A stretch of DNA of 64,000 bases from Planctomycetota bacterium. GTDB taxonomy: Bacteria; Planctomycetota; JAJSAM01; JAJVHW01. This document shows, piece by piece, positions 1 to 9,702 of the stretch; the stretch's first letter is position 1, and each line of letters starts with the position of its first letter. The notes below the pieces were generated by a model. That model made no database searches. It was not told where the DNA came from and saw only the letters and a program-made list of their open reading frames with translations. Location: positions 9,486-73,485 of the forward strand of contig JAJRVY010000060.1 in the NCBI GenBank assembly GCA_024277065.1, read 5' to 3'. The translations under genes and the position numbers were made by a program.

Positions 1-274
1 GAACGCGTGCTCCTACATGGGCCGCGACTTCATCAACTTCCCGATGAGCAACGAGGCCAAGTCGGCGCAGATCATCGGTTGCGACCGCAACAGTGCCGAC
101 AACAAGACGCCGCACCACCGCGACGGTCTGAACATCCTCTACGACGACGGCGCCGTGCAGTTCAAGGATCGTGAGTTCCTCGGGCTCATGCCCGACGATC
201 CGATCGTGGTCGGGCCGGAATCCGACGTGCCGATCCTGCGGGAGGTCGTCTACGGTCCCCCGCGCCAGGACTAG
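1..274 (+). CDS. C-terminal fragment of a DUF1559 (H-X9-DG motif) prepilin-like domain protein; the 5' end lies upstream of the window
   Basis: The translation contains HHRDGLNILYDDG, an exact H-X9-DG spacing. This is the hallmark C-terminal motif of the Planctomycete DUF1559 family. The ORF is open to the window edge and ends at TAG 272-274. Confidence 0.5.
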   Translation, partial: NACSYMGRDFINFPMSNEAKSAQIIGCDRNSADNKTPHHRDGLNILYDDGAVQFKDREFLGLMPDDPIVVGPESDVPILREVVYGPPRQD

Positions 275-321
275 GTCTCGCTCGCGAGATTCGAAACCCC
301 ACTCGGGAGACGATGTTCACC

Positions 322-921
322 ATGAAGCGCTATCTCATCGCAGCAGCGGCGGTCGCCGGCCTCGTGGCCGGGGCCGTCTCCGCCATGCCGGCCGCCGATG
401 CGGCGGGTATCCGGCTGCTGAACTTCCAGGCGGGCGAGTTCACGAACGTGATTGCGGGTGGCAGCGCCCACTACTACCTCACGTACACGCTCTCGAACAG
501 TCGGGATGAGGCGAGCAGGCCGAAACTGCGGCTGGAGCTGCGCACCGACACCGACAAGACGTACGGCGATCATTTCGATGCGCGCACGTACGCCGCGGTG
601 GCGAAGGCCGCGCGACGTGAGAGCTACCCGTCGTCGGCCAAGATCCGCAGTGCCGATCTCGCCGCCGGCGCGTCGATCGAGGGGCTTGCGCACTTCGGTC
701 GCATCGACCCGAATGCGGACGCGCTCGAGGTCCGTGTCTACGGTCTGTTCGACCCCGTGTGGCGCGATCGCAAGGGGAACATCTTCTCCGAGCGGCGCGT
801 GCTGGTGCTGCAGTTCAAGCGCCAGGGCGATGAGTACAACCGTCAGGACGACCCGATCGCACTCGTCTCCTCCAGCCAGGAGGTCGAGGGCGAACCGGTG
901 CTGCTCTCCTCGGCGAAGTAG
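322..921 (+). CDS. hypothetical secreted protein with an N-terminal signal peptide
   Basis: The ORF is 313..921. Its N-terminus MKRYLIAAAAVAGLVAGAVSAMPAADAAG is a typical Sec signal. GC3-rich codon usage matches the host. No recognisable domain was seen. Confidence 0.45.
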   Translation: MKRYLIAAAAVAGLVAGAVSAMPAADAAGIRLLNFQAGEFTNVIAGGSAHYYLTYTLSNSRDEASRPKLRLELRTDTDKTYGDHFDARTYAAVAKAARRESYPSSAKIRSADLAAGASIEGLAHFGRIDPNADALEVRVYGLFDPVWRDRKGNIFSERRVLVLQFKRQGDEYNRQDDPIALVSSSQEVEGEPVLLSSAK

Positions 922-954
922 CTTCGCCGCTGAAAGACACTCGCATGTCCATCG

Positions 955-986
955 GCAGGCCCGGTTCCGCGAGGAGCCGGGCCTGC
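955..986. terminator. GC-rich hairpin (10-bp perfect stem gcaggcccgg/ccgggcctgc, 12-nt loop) in a convergent intergenic region
   Basis: The inverted repeat was read directly between the + gene ending at 921 and dnaE ending at 1113. It is a plausible bidirectional terminator. Confidence 0.4.
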
Positions 987-1112
987 ACGATTCACGCCGG
1001 CCGTGTCGCGGCTCCGTGTCCGCCTGACCCAGCGCCCATGACCCCGTGCAGCCCGTGAGCCCGTGAGTCAGAGCAACGGTGCAACAGAGCCCGTGACCCG
1101 CGTTGCTCGCGA

Positions 1113-4100
1113 TCAGCCGCCGCGGCGGCCGTTGCCGCTGCTCGGCGCCAGCTTGCGTGGTTGCCAGCGTACCGCGTCGGCGCCGAGCGCTTCGACGGCG
1201 GCCTCGTGCAGGGCGCGGCTGGGTTCGATGCCCCGGCTCTCGACGCGGTAGACCGCGCGGATACCTGGCGCCGGCGACATCTCGACGAGTACGTGTCCCT
1301 TGCCGGGGAAGCGCGAGAGGAGACTCGCGATCAGCGACAGGGCTTCGCTCTCAGTGCCCGCCTGCGGCCGCAGGACGAGGCGCGACGCCAGTTCCTCGAA
1401 CGCCCGCTCGACGGGCACGAATCGCTCGACCTTGAGGTCGGGCTCCTCGCGCGAGAGATCGACCGTCGCCTCGACGAAGCCGATCGTCTCGTTGATCAGG
1501 AACTCTCCATCGCGCTCGAAGCCGTCGGCGAAGATCACGCAGCCGACGCTCCCCTGGAAGTCCTCGATCTTGAAGCGCGCCATCTTGCGCGTCTTGTTGC
1601 GGCCGGTCTTCGGATACATGGTCTTGACGGCGTTCAGCATGCCCCCGACCAGCACCTTGGCGCCCGACGTCGATGACGCCAGCGCACTCGTCGCATGGGT
1701 TGCGAGAGACGTCAGGATGCGCTCGTACTCCGCCAGCGGATGGCTCGACACGTAGATGCCGAGCGCCTCCTTCTCGTACAGCAGGATCTCCTTCTCGGTC
1801 CACTGGGGCACCGCCGGGAGTGCGGTCTCCGGCGGCGGCTCGGGCGCGCTGCCGCCGTCGCCCCCGAACAGCGACATCTGGCCGGCGCGTCTGTCGTCCT
1901 GGACGGCTGCGGCGGCGCGCAGCGCGCCATCGAGCGCGGCGTAGAACTGCGCACGATGGCCTCCGAGGCTGTCGAGAGCGCCGGCTTTCGTCAGTGCCTC
2001 GAGACTCGCCTTGCCCAGAAGGTGGTGATCGACGGCTTCACAGAGGTCGGGCAGCGCCGCGAACGGCGCGCGGTGCTCCACGCGCGCTGCGACGATGGCG
2101 TCGGCGGCGCCGTGCCCGACGCCCTTGACGGCGGCGAGCCCGAAGCGGATGCGTCCGCGCGCGCCGTCGTCGGGTCCGCCCGGCGACTCTTGCCGCTCGA
2201 CGGAGAAGTCCGATTCGGAACGGTTGACGTCCGGCGGCAGCACATCGATGTGCATGCGCTTGCACTCGTCGATGTAGTTGACGATCTTGTCCGTGTTGCC
2301 CATGTCGCAGGTCATGAGCGCGGCCATGAACTCCCGCGGGTGATTGGCCTTGAGCCAGGCGGTCTGGTAGCTGAGCACGGCGTACGCGGTCGTGTGGCTC
2401 TTGTTGAACGCGTATTTCGCGAACTGTTCCATGACGTTCCAGATCTCGGACGCCAACTCGACGGTCGCGCCCTTCGCGACGCAGCCGTCCACGAACTTCT
2501 GCTCGTACTTGCGCATGACATCGAGCTTCTTCTTGCCCATCGCCTTGCGCAGGCCATCGGCTTCGTTCATCGAGAAACTCGCGAAGCGGTGCGCGATGAG
2601 CATGATCTGCTCCTGGTACACGAACGTGCCGTACGTGTCCTCGAGCAGTGGTTTCAGTTCGGGGTGGAGGTACGTGATCTCCTCTTCGCCGTGCTTGCGG
2701 CGCACGAACTGGTCCACCATCACCGTCTGGAGTGGACCGGGGCGGTAGAGGGCCAGGACGGCAATCAGGTCGTCGAAACGGTCAGGACGCAGCTTCTGTA
2801 GCAGCTCGCGCATTCCGCTGGATTCGAGCTGGAAGACGCCGAGGGCCTCGCCCCGCTGCAGCAACGTCCACGTCGCCTCGTCACCGAAGGCGAGAGTCCC
2901 GGTCTCGGGATCATCCGCCGCCAGGGCGTCCAGATCGACATGGCGCCCGGTGCTGCGCTCGATCAGCTTGACGGCCTTGTCGAGCACCGTGAGCGTCTTG
3001 AGACCGAGGAAATCGACCTTGAGCAGCCCGATGTCCTCGAGGTACTCCATCGTGTACTGCGTCACGATGTCCCGGCCGACCTTGTAGAGCGGCACGTACT
3101 GCCTGAGCGGCCCGTCACCGACGACGACGCCTGCGGCGTGCGTCGAGGCGTGCCGCTTCAGCCCCTCGAGACGCAGCGACACCTCGAAGAGCTCCCGGTA
3201 GCGACCGTCCGCGGCGAGTTCCTGCAGGTCGGGGTCGTCGTCGATGGCGCCCTGGAGGGTGGCCCCCGGACCGTTGGGGATCTTCTTTGCGAGAACATCG
3301 ACCTCGGGCAGCGGCACGTTGAGTGCGCGTCCGACGTCGCGCACGACGGCGCGCGCTGCCATCGTGCCGAACGTGATGATCTGCGACACGCACTCGGGGC
3401 CGCCGTACTTCTCGGTCACGTAGCGGATGACCTCACTGCGACCGTCACGGCAGAAGTCGATGTCGATGTCGGGCATCGACACGCGCTCGCTGTTGAGGAA
3501 GCGCTCGAACAGCAGGTCGTACTGTAGCGGGCAGACGTCGGTGATGCGGAGGGAGTACGCGACGATCGAACCCGCGGCGCTGCCACGCCCGGGCCCGACG
3601 GGCACACCGGCCTCGCGCGCGTAGCGGATGAAGTCCCACGTGATGAGGAAGTACGAGACGAAGCCCATCTTCCGGATGACGTCCATCTCGTAGGCGAGGC
3701 GCTCGAGAGCCTTCGCCGAAGGAGGGTCGCCGTAGCGCTCGCGCAGCCCGCGGTGGCACAGTTCCGCGAAGTACTCGTCGGGCGTCGCTCCGCCCGGGGG
3801 TTGGAACTGCGGCAGGTGGAATTCGCCGAAGGGCAACTCGAGGTTGCAGCGCTCGGCGATCTCGAGCGTCGCCTCGCACGCCTCCGGGACGTCCTTGAAC
3901 AGGTCCCACATGTCACGTGCGGACTTCAGCCAGAAGTCGCTCGAGCGGTGCTTGAGGCGGCGGTCGTCGGCGACGGTCTTGCCGGTGCTGATCGCCATGC
4001 GGATCTCTTGCGCCAAGGCATCGTCGGCGTCGATGTAGTGGACGTCGTTGGTGCACACGACCTCGAGGCCGAGATCGCGAGCCATCTTCAGCAGCGCCGC

Positions 4101-4661
4101 GTTGTTCTCGTCCTGGCCCTCGGTGCCGTTGCGCTGGATCTCGACGAAGTAGTTCTCTCCGAAGACGTCGCGGTACCAGGCGGCGGTCTCGTAGGCGAGG
4201 TCCTCGCGGCCGCTGCGCAGAAGGTAGCTCGTCTCGCCCTTGAAGCAGCCTGACAGGAGCAGCAGCCCCTCGCTCTTCGCGGCCAGGATGTCCTTGTCGA
4301 TGCGGGGGTTGTAGTAGAAGCCATCGACGAACGACGTGGAGCAGAGTTCGACCAGGTTCTGGTAGCCCCGGTAGTTCCGTGCCATCACTGTCAGGTGGAA
4401 CGACGAGACGCCTGTCGTGGGGTCGCGCCGGCGGTCGGTGCGGGGGCCGGGGGCCATGTACATCTCGCAGCCCACGATCGGTTTCACGCCGGCGCTCTTC
4501 GCTTCATTGTAGAAGGCGATGGCGCCGCACATGTTGCCGTGATCGGTGAGCGCGATGCTGGAGTGCTCGCGCTCGGACGCAGCGCGAACGAGATCGCGGA
4601 TCCTCGCGGCGCCGTCGAGGAGGGAGTAGTCACTGTGAACGTGGAGGTGGCAGAAGTCCAT
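1113..4661 (-). CDS. dnaE: DNA polymerase III alpha subunit
   Basis: The 1182-aa translation starts MDFCHLHVHSDYSLLDG (PHP domain). It contains the conserved FNKSH/TAYA polymerase core motifs and an OB-fold C-terminus. The longer 1113..5810 ORF is an N-terminal over-extension. Confidence 0.95.
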   Translation of the reverse strand: MDFCHLHVHSDYSLLDGAARIRDLVRAASEREHSSIALTDHGNMCGAIAFYNEAKSAGVKPIVGCEMYMAPGPRTDRRRDPTTGVSSFHLTVMARNYRGYQNLVELCSTSFVDGFYYNPRIDKDILAAKSEGLLLLSGCFKGETSYLLRSGREDLAYETAAWYRDVFGENYFVEIQRNGTEGQDENNAALLKMARDLGLEVVCTNDVHYIDADDALAQEIRMAISTGKTVADDRRLKHRSSDFWLKSARDMWDLFKDVPEACEATLEIAERCNLELPFGEFHLPQFQPPGGATPDEYFAELCHRGLRERYGDPPSAKALERLAYEMDVIRKMGFVSYFLITWDFIRYAREAGVPVGPGRGSAAGSIVAYSLRITDVCPLQYDLLFERFLNSERVSMPDIDIDFCRDGRSEVIRYVTEKYGGPECVSQIITFGTMAARAVVRDVGRALNVPLPEVDVLAKKIPNGPGATLQGAIDDDPDLQELAADGRYRELFEVSLRLEGLKRHASTHAAGVVVGDGPLRQYVPLYKVGRDIVTQYTMEYLEDIGLLKVDFLGLKTLTVLDKAVKLIERSTGRHVDLDALAADDPETGTLAFGDEATWTLLQRGEALGVFQLESSGMRELLQKLRPDRFDDLIAVLALYRPGPLQTVMVDQFVRRKHGEEEITYLHPELKPLLEDTYGTFVYQEQIMLIAHRFASFSMNEADGLRKAMGKKKLDVMRKYEQKFVDGCVAKGATVELASEIWNVMEQFAKYAFNKSHTTAYAVLSYQTAWLKANHPREFMAALMTCDMGNTDKIVNYIDECKRMHIDVLPPDVNRSESDFSVERQESPGGPDDGARGRIRFGLAAVKGVGHGAADAIVAARVEHRAPFAALPDLCEAVDHHLLGKASLEALTKAGALDSLGGHRAQFYAALDGALRAAAAVQDDRRAGQMSLFGGDGGSAPEPPPETALPAVPQWTEKEILLYEKEALGIYVSSHPLAEYERILTSLATHATSALASSTSGAKVLVGGMLNAVKTMYPKTGRNKTRKMARFKIEDFQGSVGCVIFADGFERDGEFLINETIGFVEATVDLSREEPDLKVERFVPVERAFEELASRLVLRPQAGTESEALSLIASLLSRFPGKGHVLVEMSPAPGIRAVYRVESRGIEPSRALHEAAVEALGADAVRWQPRKLAPSSGNGRRGG

Positions 4662-4787
4662 GGGGCACACAGCATACGCGCGGGGCACGACGCACGGGCG
4701 GCCTGGACACCCGCCGCCGGCTACGCCGGTGGCCGGAACGTGACGGGTGCCCCGAAAACTCGGGCTCGAGCAGGGAGCGCAGGCATC

Positions 4788-5720
4788 ATGACGCGAATGA
4801 TCAAGGCATCCACCGCACTCGTCATGGCTCTCGCACTGGCCGCGTCGGGCTGCTCCTCGGACGGTGCCTCGAGCGGCGACCCCGATGCGCGATCCGCGTC
4901 GGGCGACGCCCAGACTCAGGTGACGGCGCCGTCGGAGGCCGACGGCACGGCACGGACCTTCGACCCGGCCACGCGCGACTTCATGATGGAGGGGCTGAGG
5001 CAGTTCTCGGGCGGCGACCCGGCGTGGCCGGCGACGCGCAGACGATGGCTGTCGATGGGGCGTCGCGAGTCGGACTTCCTGGTGGGTGCCATGTTCGCCG
5101 CGCTCCTTGCCGCGCAGCGCGTGAACGCTCCCGATCTGGTGCAGCGTGCGCGCCATGAACTCGTTCTCATCGGGGAGCCGTACATCGAGTTCCTGGCGGG
5201 GATACTGGCCACGGGCACCGTCGCCACCATCTACGACCGGATCGAAGAGAAGGAGAAGCCGATTCGCGTGGATGACGACACCCGTCGGGAGGCTGCCGAG
5301 GTGCTGGCGCTGATCGGCGGCCCGGCGGCGGCGGCCACGGCGCGTAGTCTGGATCGCGCCGAGACGAAGAGCGGCAGGCGATTCGCGCTGCAGGCCCTCG
5401 GGAACATGGGCGATCGTGGCGGTCGCGTGGCTGGGGACGCACTCGCGCGGTGGGCGCACGACGACGACTGGGTGCTGCGCGTCGAGGCCGTGCACGGCCT
5501 GCGCAGTTTCTCGGACGCGGCGACTCGCGTGGCTCTCGAGACAGCGTTGCGCGACGACGAGAAACTCGTGCGCGAGAATGCGGTTCGTGGACTGATGGGG
5601 CGACGTGATCGCGCGTCGTTGCCGGCGTTGCGGCGAGCTCTGACGGCGGCGCAGGACAGCGCGCGCCTCGGCGAGGCGCGGCACATCCGATCGGCCATCG
5701 CGCGGATCGAGGCAAGGTGA
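4788..5720 (+). CDS. HEAT-repeat (PBS-lyase-like) lipoprotein
   Basis: The ATG at 4788 is followed by MIKASTALVMALALAASGCSS (signal peptide plus lipobox Cys). The C-terminal half has HEAT-like repeats (VLRVEAVHGLRS..., ENAVRGLMGRRDRASLPALRRAL). Confidence 0.6.
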   Translation: MTRMIKASTALVMALALAASGCSSDGASSGDPDARSASGDAQTQVTAPSEADGTARTFDPATRDFMMEGLRQFSGGDPAWPATRRRWLSMGRRESDFLVGAMFAALLAAQRVNAPDLVQRARHELVLIGEPYIEFLAGILATGTVATIYDRIEEKEKPIRVDDDTRREAAEVLALIGGPAAAATARSLDRAETKSGRRFALQALGNMGDRGGRVAGDALARWAHDDDWVLRVEAVHGLRSFSDAATRVALETALRDDEKLVRENAVRGLMGRRDRASLPALRRALTAAQDSARLGEARHIRSAIARIEAR

Positions 5721-6232
5721 CGTCGTCGGCGTGGCGAACGGGGCACCGTGGCGGCACGTGTGCGTCTTGCGAGGTCCCGCTGGAACCTGGCGCGACGGCG
5801 ATCTCGGCACTCTTCGAGTCGGCGAGCCGCGACGATGAGCCGTTTGCGCGCCACGACTTCTGCGCGGCGTGCTTCGACGGCGCGGTCGATGTCGGTTCTC
5901 CGTTCTCCTGGTGGCGGTACGAGGTTGCGCGCCCCGACGAGAAGAAGGCGGCGTTCGATCTGGACATCGCGCGCGAGTTTCTTCTGCGGCTCCTCCAGGA
6001 AGCTGCCCCCGACCGCGCGTCGCTGCGCTACCTCCTCGCTCTGTTGTTGATGCGCAAGCGCATCGTCCGCGTCACGGAGCAGTTCGTCGATGAGCGTGGG
6101 GAGGTGATGTCCGTCCGCCTGCCGCCGGACGAGGCCATCCATGAGTTGGTCTGCCCGGCGATCGACGAGGCCGAGGCCGCGGCCTTGCGCGACCAGATCG
6201 GACGGCTGTTCGATCTCGGTGACGGCTCGTAG
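5717..6232 (+). CDS. hypothetical protein with two Cys pairs (possible zinc ribbon)
   Basis: A GTG start overlaps the upstream stop (GTGA). The translation has CASCEV...CAACFDG. Codon usage is plausible and it ends TAG. No known family was recognised. Confidence 0.4.
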   Translation: MTSSAWRTGHRGGTCASCEVPLEPGATAISALFESASRDDEPFARHDFCAACFDGAVDVGSPFSWWRYEVARPDEKKAAFDLDIAREFLLRLLQEAAPDRASLRYLLALLLMRKRIVRVTEQFVDERGEVMSVRLPPDEAIHELVCPAIDEAEAAALRDQIGRLFDLGDGS

Positions 6233-6468
6233 CCCGCGGGCGGAGATTGTGGCCGGGCGGTTTGTCCGTCCACGCTTGCGTGGTCGCTCGTGGAGCCCGC
6301 CGACGGCGCCCCGCCCGCTCGATGACTCCGCCATGAGCCCGCGTTCGCGGCCCCGCCTTGTCGGCGGGCTCCACGGACGATCTGGCACTGCCGTTGTTCA
6401 TGGGAACACCCTCTGACCGCGGGCCAGGGGGCGCCCCGGTGGCACGCCGCTGAGGTGTCACGGATTCG

Positions 6469-7617
6469 GTGTCCGTGGCGTGTAGTAATCTTGTGTCGTG
6501 GCGGCAGGACTGGAGGGGGAAGGACTGTGAAGTGGCTCCTGCCCCGGCTCCGGCGACCTCGGCCGATGCGCTGCTCTGTGCGCTGACCGATGACGTGCGG
6601 GTCGATCGGGAGACGCGGATGCGTATCGGTTGGCAACTGCTCTCGGCGGAACGTATGGCGCAGGCGTCTCAGGATGGTTGGACCATCTTCGGTGTCACGA
6701 GTTTCGGCCAACTCTGCGAGGAGCGCCTCAATCTGCCCACCGCGGCAGGTTGGCAGATGCGGGCGGCGATGGGCGCGTGCGAGTGTTCGAGCGAGGTTCG
6801 CAAGCGGCTCGAAGATGGTCGCCTGAACGTGGCGAAAGCGGCTGCGGTGGCGCAGGTGCTCGACTACGTGCAGCAGAATGGAGGCGAGGGGGCTCTGCTC
6901 GCTCTGGCCACGCGCTCGACGACGCGGGAGACGCGCGTCGAGGTGTCGCGGCTGAGAGAAGAGGCGCGGACCAAGGAGAGCCCGGTGAAGGTCACGCTGC
7001 ACCTGACACGTCGGGCGATCAGCGATCTGTGGCGCGCTCGGGACCTACTCACCGATGGCCGCGGCGGTCCACGACCGACGGAGAGCTTCGCCGTCGAGAG
7101 AGTCCTCGAGTTCTTCGTCGATCGCAAGTGCCCCGAGCGTAAGGCTGCGCGGGCCGCCGAGAGGGAACGTCGGCGATCGGAACGCGATGCGGGAGCACGG
7201 GATGGGGAGTGCTCGGAGAGCGACGAATCCGCGAAACTGGCTGCGGACATGCCGACGGAGTCGGCCGCAGCCACTCTCGCGGGCGGCGGCGCCTACTGCT
7301 TGCCGAGTGCGCCGGGGAGGGATGACGAGCGCTCGCGGTGGATTGCCGCCCGCGACCGGCACGAAGTCGTGGGGCGCCACGGTGACGTCTGCTGGATGGA
7401 GCACTGTGATGAGCGCGGCGTGCTGCAGTTCACGCACGACCGGGCGTTTCGGTTCGGAGGCAGCAACGAGGCATCGAACCTCGGCCGCTGGTGCCTGCAT
7501 CATCACCGTGGCTTCGACTCCGGCAGGTTGAAACTGAGACAGGGGCGCGACGGTCTGATCGTGGTCGATCGCCGCGGTCAGGTCGTCGGACGTGCGCGCT
7601 CACCACCTCCGCCGTGA
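6469..7617 (+). CDS. HNH endonuclease domain protein (DUF222-like N-terminal region)
   Basis: The C-terminus reads CWMEHCDERGVLQFTHDRAFRFGGSNEASNLGRWCLHHHRG. This is an H-N-H nuclease motif with flanking Cys/His zinc ligands. Confidence 0.6.
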   Translation: MSVACSNLVSWRQDWRGKDCEVAPAPAPATSADALLCALTDDVRVDRETRMRIGWQLLSAERMAQASQDGWTIFGVTSFGQLCEERLNLPTAAGWQMRAAMGACECSSEVRKRLEDGRLNVAKAAAVAQVLDYVQQNGGEGALLALATRSTTRETRVEVSRLREEARTKESPVKVTLHLTRRAISDLWRARDLLTDGRGGPRPTESFAVERVLEFFVDRKCPERKAARAAERERRRSERDAGARDGECSESDESAKLAADMPTESAAATLAGGGAYCLPSAPGRDDERSRWIAARDRHEVVGRHGDVCWMEHCDERGVLQFTHDRAFRFGGSNEASNLGRWCLHHHRGFDSGRLKLRQGRDGLIVVDRRGQVVGRARSPPPP

Positions 7618-7789
7618 GGCGCCGTGCGGCCGGCCCGCGCGCACGCTCGAACACGAACACGCGCCGTTGTGTGCGCCGTCGATGCCGGAGGATACGTTCC
7701 GGAAACTCGAGAACCTGGGTCGTGGATGCGCCCCAGGCGTGTGGTGATTCTGCCGTCGGGGCGCGCATCCTCGAGCGGTGCTGCGAACG

Positions 7790-9409
7790 TCAGGGCCGTG
7801 TCAACTCGTATGCGGTCGTCGCAGCGTCGCGGTAGATCCGGGTCGCCCACGGCGCGGCATCGAGTCGGGCGGCGAGACGTTCGCGGCGGGACACTCCCGC
7901 GGGGCCGTCCTCCTCCTGGCTCCAGAGCACGACGAAGCGGGCATCGAAGCGTGCGACGAGCAACTCCCGCAGTGCTGCGCCGCCGACTGCGGCATCAGCC
8001 ACCATGGCGTGCGCGATGGCGCCCTCGGGATCGCGGACGACGCACCACCAAGGGTCCATGCCTCGCACGTACCGCAGGTCGGGTGCAAAGTGGAACAGCG
8101 GCGCGAAGTCGTCCCAACTGAGGTGCCAGACCACATCGCCGCGCTCGGATCGCGTGTGGACGGCGGCGAGGGCGGGCGCCACGTTGCGACCACCGTCATC
8201 TCCCAAGCGATTGATGAGAGGGAGCATCGCCCGGGTGCTCAGTAGCCCGAGTACGAGCGCCAACGTGCCGACGACACGGCGCGACGAGAGCCACCAGGGG
8301 GCGGATGACGTCGAACTCGACACCGCGAGAGCCACTGCAAGCAGCGCGAACACATGCCAGTACTCGAAGAAGCGTCCCGACTGCCACGTGGCGACGAGTC
8401 CCGCGGCCGCCAGAACCGCGCCGGCGACCGCTGCGGCTCGGGGCGGGCGGCGCGAGCGGCGGCGCACGAACTGGATGCCTACGATCGCGACAGCTAGCGA
8501 CGTGGTGGCGAGGGACGGCCAGAGTTCACCGAACATCCCGCGGATACCGGGGCTGCCGAGTTCGTCCGGGAGAGCGAGCCGGAGCACCATGCCGTTGCTG
8601 AGTTGAACGCCGCCACCCGCCGCGGCGACCTCCAGGGAGCCGGCCATCAGACGCCAGACGTGGAGCGTTGCGCCGCTCCAGAGGCCGGGGTGTAGCAGAA
8701 CGCCTGCGACGCCGCCGCCGGCAAGCGCTCCGGCGGCCCGCCAGTCTGGGCGACGCTCAGCGGCGCAGCGCCCTAGCCACGCGCTCCCGGCCACGAGTGC
8801 GACAGGAGCGGGCACTTGGTAGAGGAGCAGCGACAGCGCCACGGCCCCCGCCGCGAGGACGCGTCGTCTCGCGAGCACCGCATGGAAGACAACGAGGAGC
8901 GAGACAACGACGAGCGGTGTCGGGCGGCCGAAATGGAGGCGGAACAGCCACTGCGGGGAGGCCGCGAGGAGGAGCGCTGTCCAGGCGACGGGCGCGCGCA
9001 CGTGTCGGGCTCGCAGTACCGCGAAGAACGTCGCGGTCAGGAGTGCCGCCTGGAAAGCCGCGAACGTCTTCATTCCGGGCACGGGGCCAAGCATCGAGGC
9101 GAACGGGGCCAACAGCCAATGCCAGAGCAGACTCCAGTCCATCGGGCGCTCCGCGAAGGCGCTCTGCGTGATCCAGGGGAAGACGCTCCCGTCCCATGCC
9201 GCGTTGCCGGCGGCGAGCAATGCAGCGTAGCGGCTGTGGAACCACGCGTCGCGATCCGCGAAGCCAGGCATGGCGAGTTGAATAGCCCCGTGGAGAAGCA
9301 GCGCCACGGCGAACACCACCAGCACAGTAGAGGAGCGCGGACTCGACACACGCGCGCGCGTGCGATCTTGTGCCATGGGCCTTCGCCCCCGTTCCAGGCC
9401 AGCGCGCAC
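7790..9409 (-). CDS. polytopic integral membrane protein, GT-C-fold (ArnT/PMT-like) glycosyltransferase candidate
   Basis: There are about 11 predicted TM helices. The first loop carries an acidic motif (FADRDAWFH) like GT-C glycosyltransferases, and there is a soluble C-terminal domain. An alternative start is MAQDRT at 9376. Confidence 0.5.
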   Translation of the reverse strand: MRAGLERGRRPMAQDRTRARVSSPRSSTVLVVFAVALLLHGAIQLAMPGFADRDAWFHSRYAALLAAGNAAWDGSVFPWITQSAFAERPMDWSLLWHWLLAPFASMLGPVPGMKTFAAFQAALLTATFFAVLRARHVRAPVAWTALLLAASPQWLFRLHFGRPTPLVVVSLLVVFHAVLARRRVLAAGAVALSLLLYQVPAPVALVAGSAWLGRCAAERRPDWRAAGALAGGGVAGVLLHPGLWSGATLHVWRLMAGSLEVAAAGGGVQLSNGMVLRLALPDELGSPGIRGMFGELWPSLATTSLAVAIVGIQFVRRRSRRPPRAAAVAGAVLAAAGLVATWQSGRFFEYWHVFALLAVALAVSSSTSSAPWWLSSRRVVGTLALVLGLLSTRAMLPLINRLGDDGGRNVAPALAAVHTRSERGDVVWHLSWDDFAPLFHFAPDLRYVRGMDPWWCVVRDPEGAIAHAMVADAAVGGAALRELLVARFDARFVVLWSQEEDGPAGVSRRERLAARLDAAPWATRIYRDAATTAYELTRP

Positions 9410-9592
9410 GCGTGAACTGGCGCGCTAGCGGCCAGCCTCGTGGTGGGCGATGCGGCCGGCTGGCTCGGGACTCGCGAGCCGCCAGTTCGAAGATCTCACG
9501 TTTTTCAATCTCCGTAACTTATGGAGCGAAAAGTGCTTACGCGGTTTCCTTGGATCTCCCGCGCGAGTGCTGTGTTGATCGATCAGCGCTGA

Positions 9593-9627
9593 GTGGGTAG
9601 AAGTGGGGGAATGTGGGAGCGAGTGGG
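9593..9627 (+). promoter_or_regulatory. four direct GTGGG repeats at exact 10-bp phasing (MraZ-box-like operator) upstream of mraZ
   Basis: GTGGG occurs at 9593, 9603, 9613 and 9623, as read in the sequence. E. coli MraZ binds phased GTGGG repeats in the Pmra region. A lower-GC promoter-like tract lies at 9470-9560. Confidence 0.5.
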
Positions 9628-9702
9628 ATGGCTCGCTCTCGCGCGCGACGGCATCGGGTGTTTCGACTGGGTGGGTTCGATCGTCGAAGGAGGGCTCTTC
9701 GG

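Noticed and set aside
275-312. gattcgaaacc-containing segment that superficially resembles a tRNA T-arm
   Set aside because: No acceptor stem or anticodon arm can be drawn. It is a short hairpin (gtctc...gagac) plus the RBS of the next gene.
4395-5720. Upstream start for the HEAT-repeat ORF (441 aa)
   Set aside because: The ATG at 4788 gives a canonical signal peptide plus lipobox. The upstream part overlaps the dnaE start region.
1113-5810. 1565-aa ORF extending dnaE upstream by about 380 codons
   Set aside because: The extension is Arg/Pro/Ala-rich low-complexity sequence typical of out-of-context high-GC frames. It overlaps the signal-peptide lipoprotein gene on the other strand. The DnaE PHP domain starts at MDFCHLHVH at 4661.
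5231-6388. Long antisense or alternate-frame ORFs (e.g. 5231..6388-, 14096..15538-, 14727..16010-, 19861..21750-, 28678..30312+, 35160..36848-, 56252..58639-, 58685..60565-)
   Set aside because: All overlap strongly supported conserved genes on the opposite strand or in another frame. All give R/A/P/G-rich translations with no motifs, as expected from absence of stop codons in 70% GC DNA.
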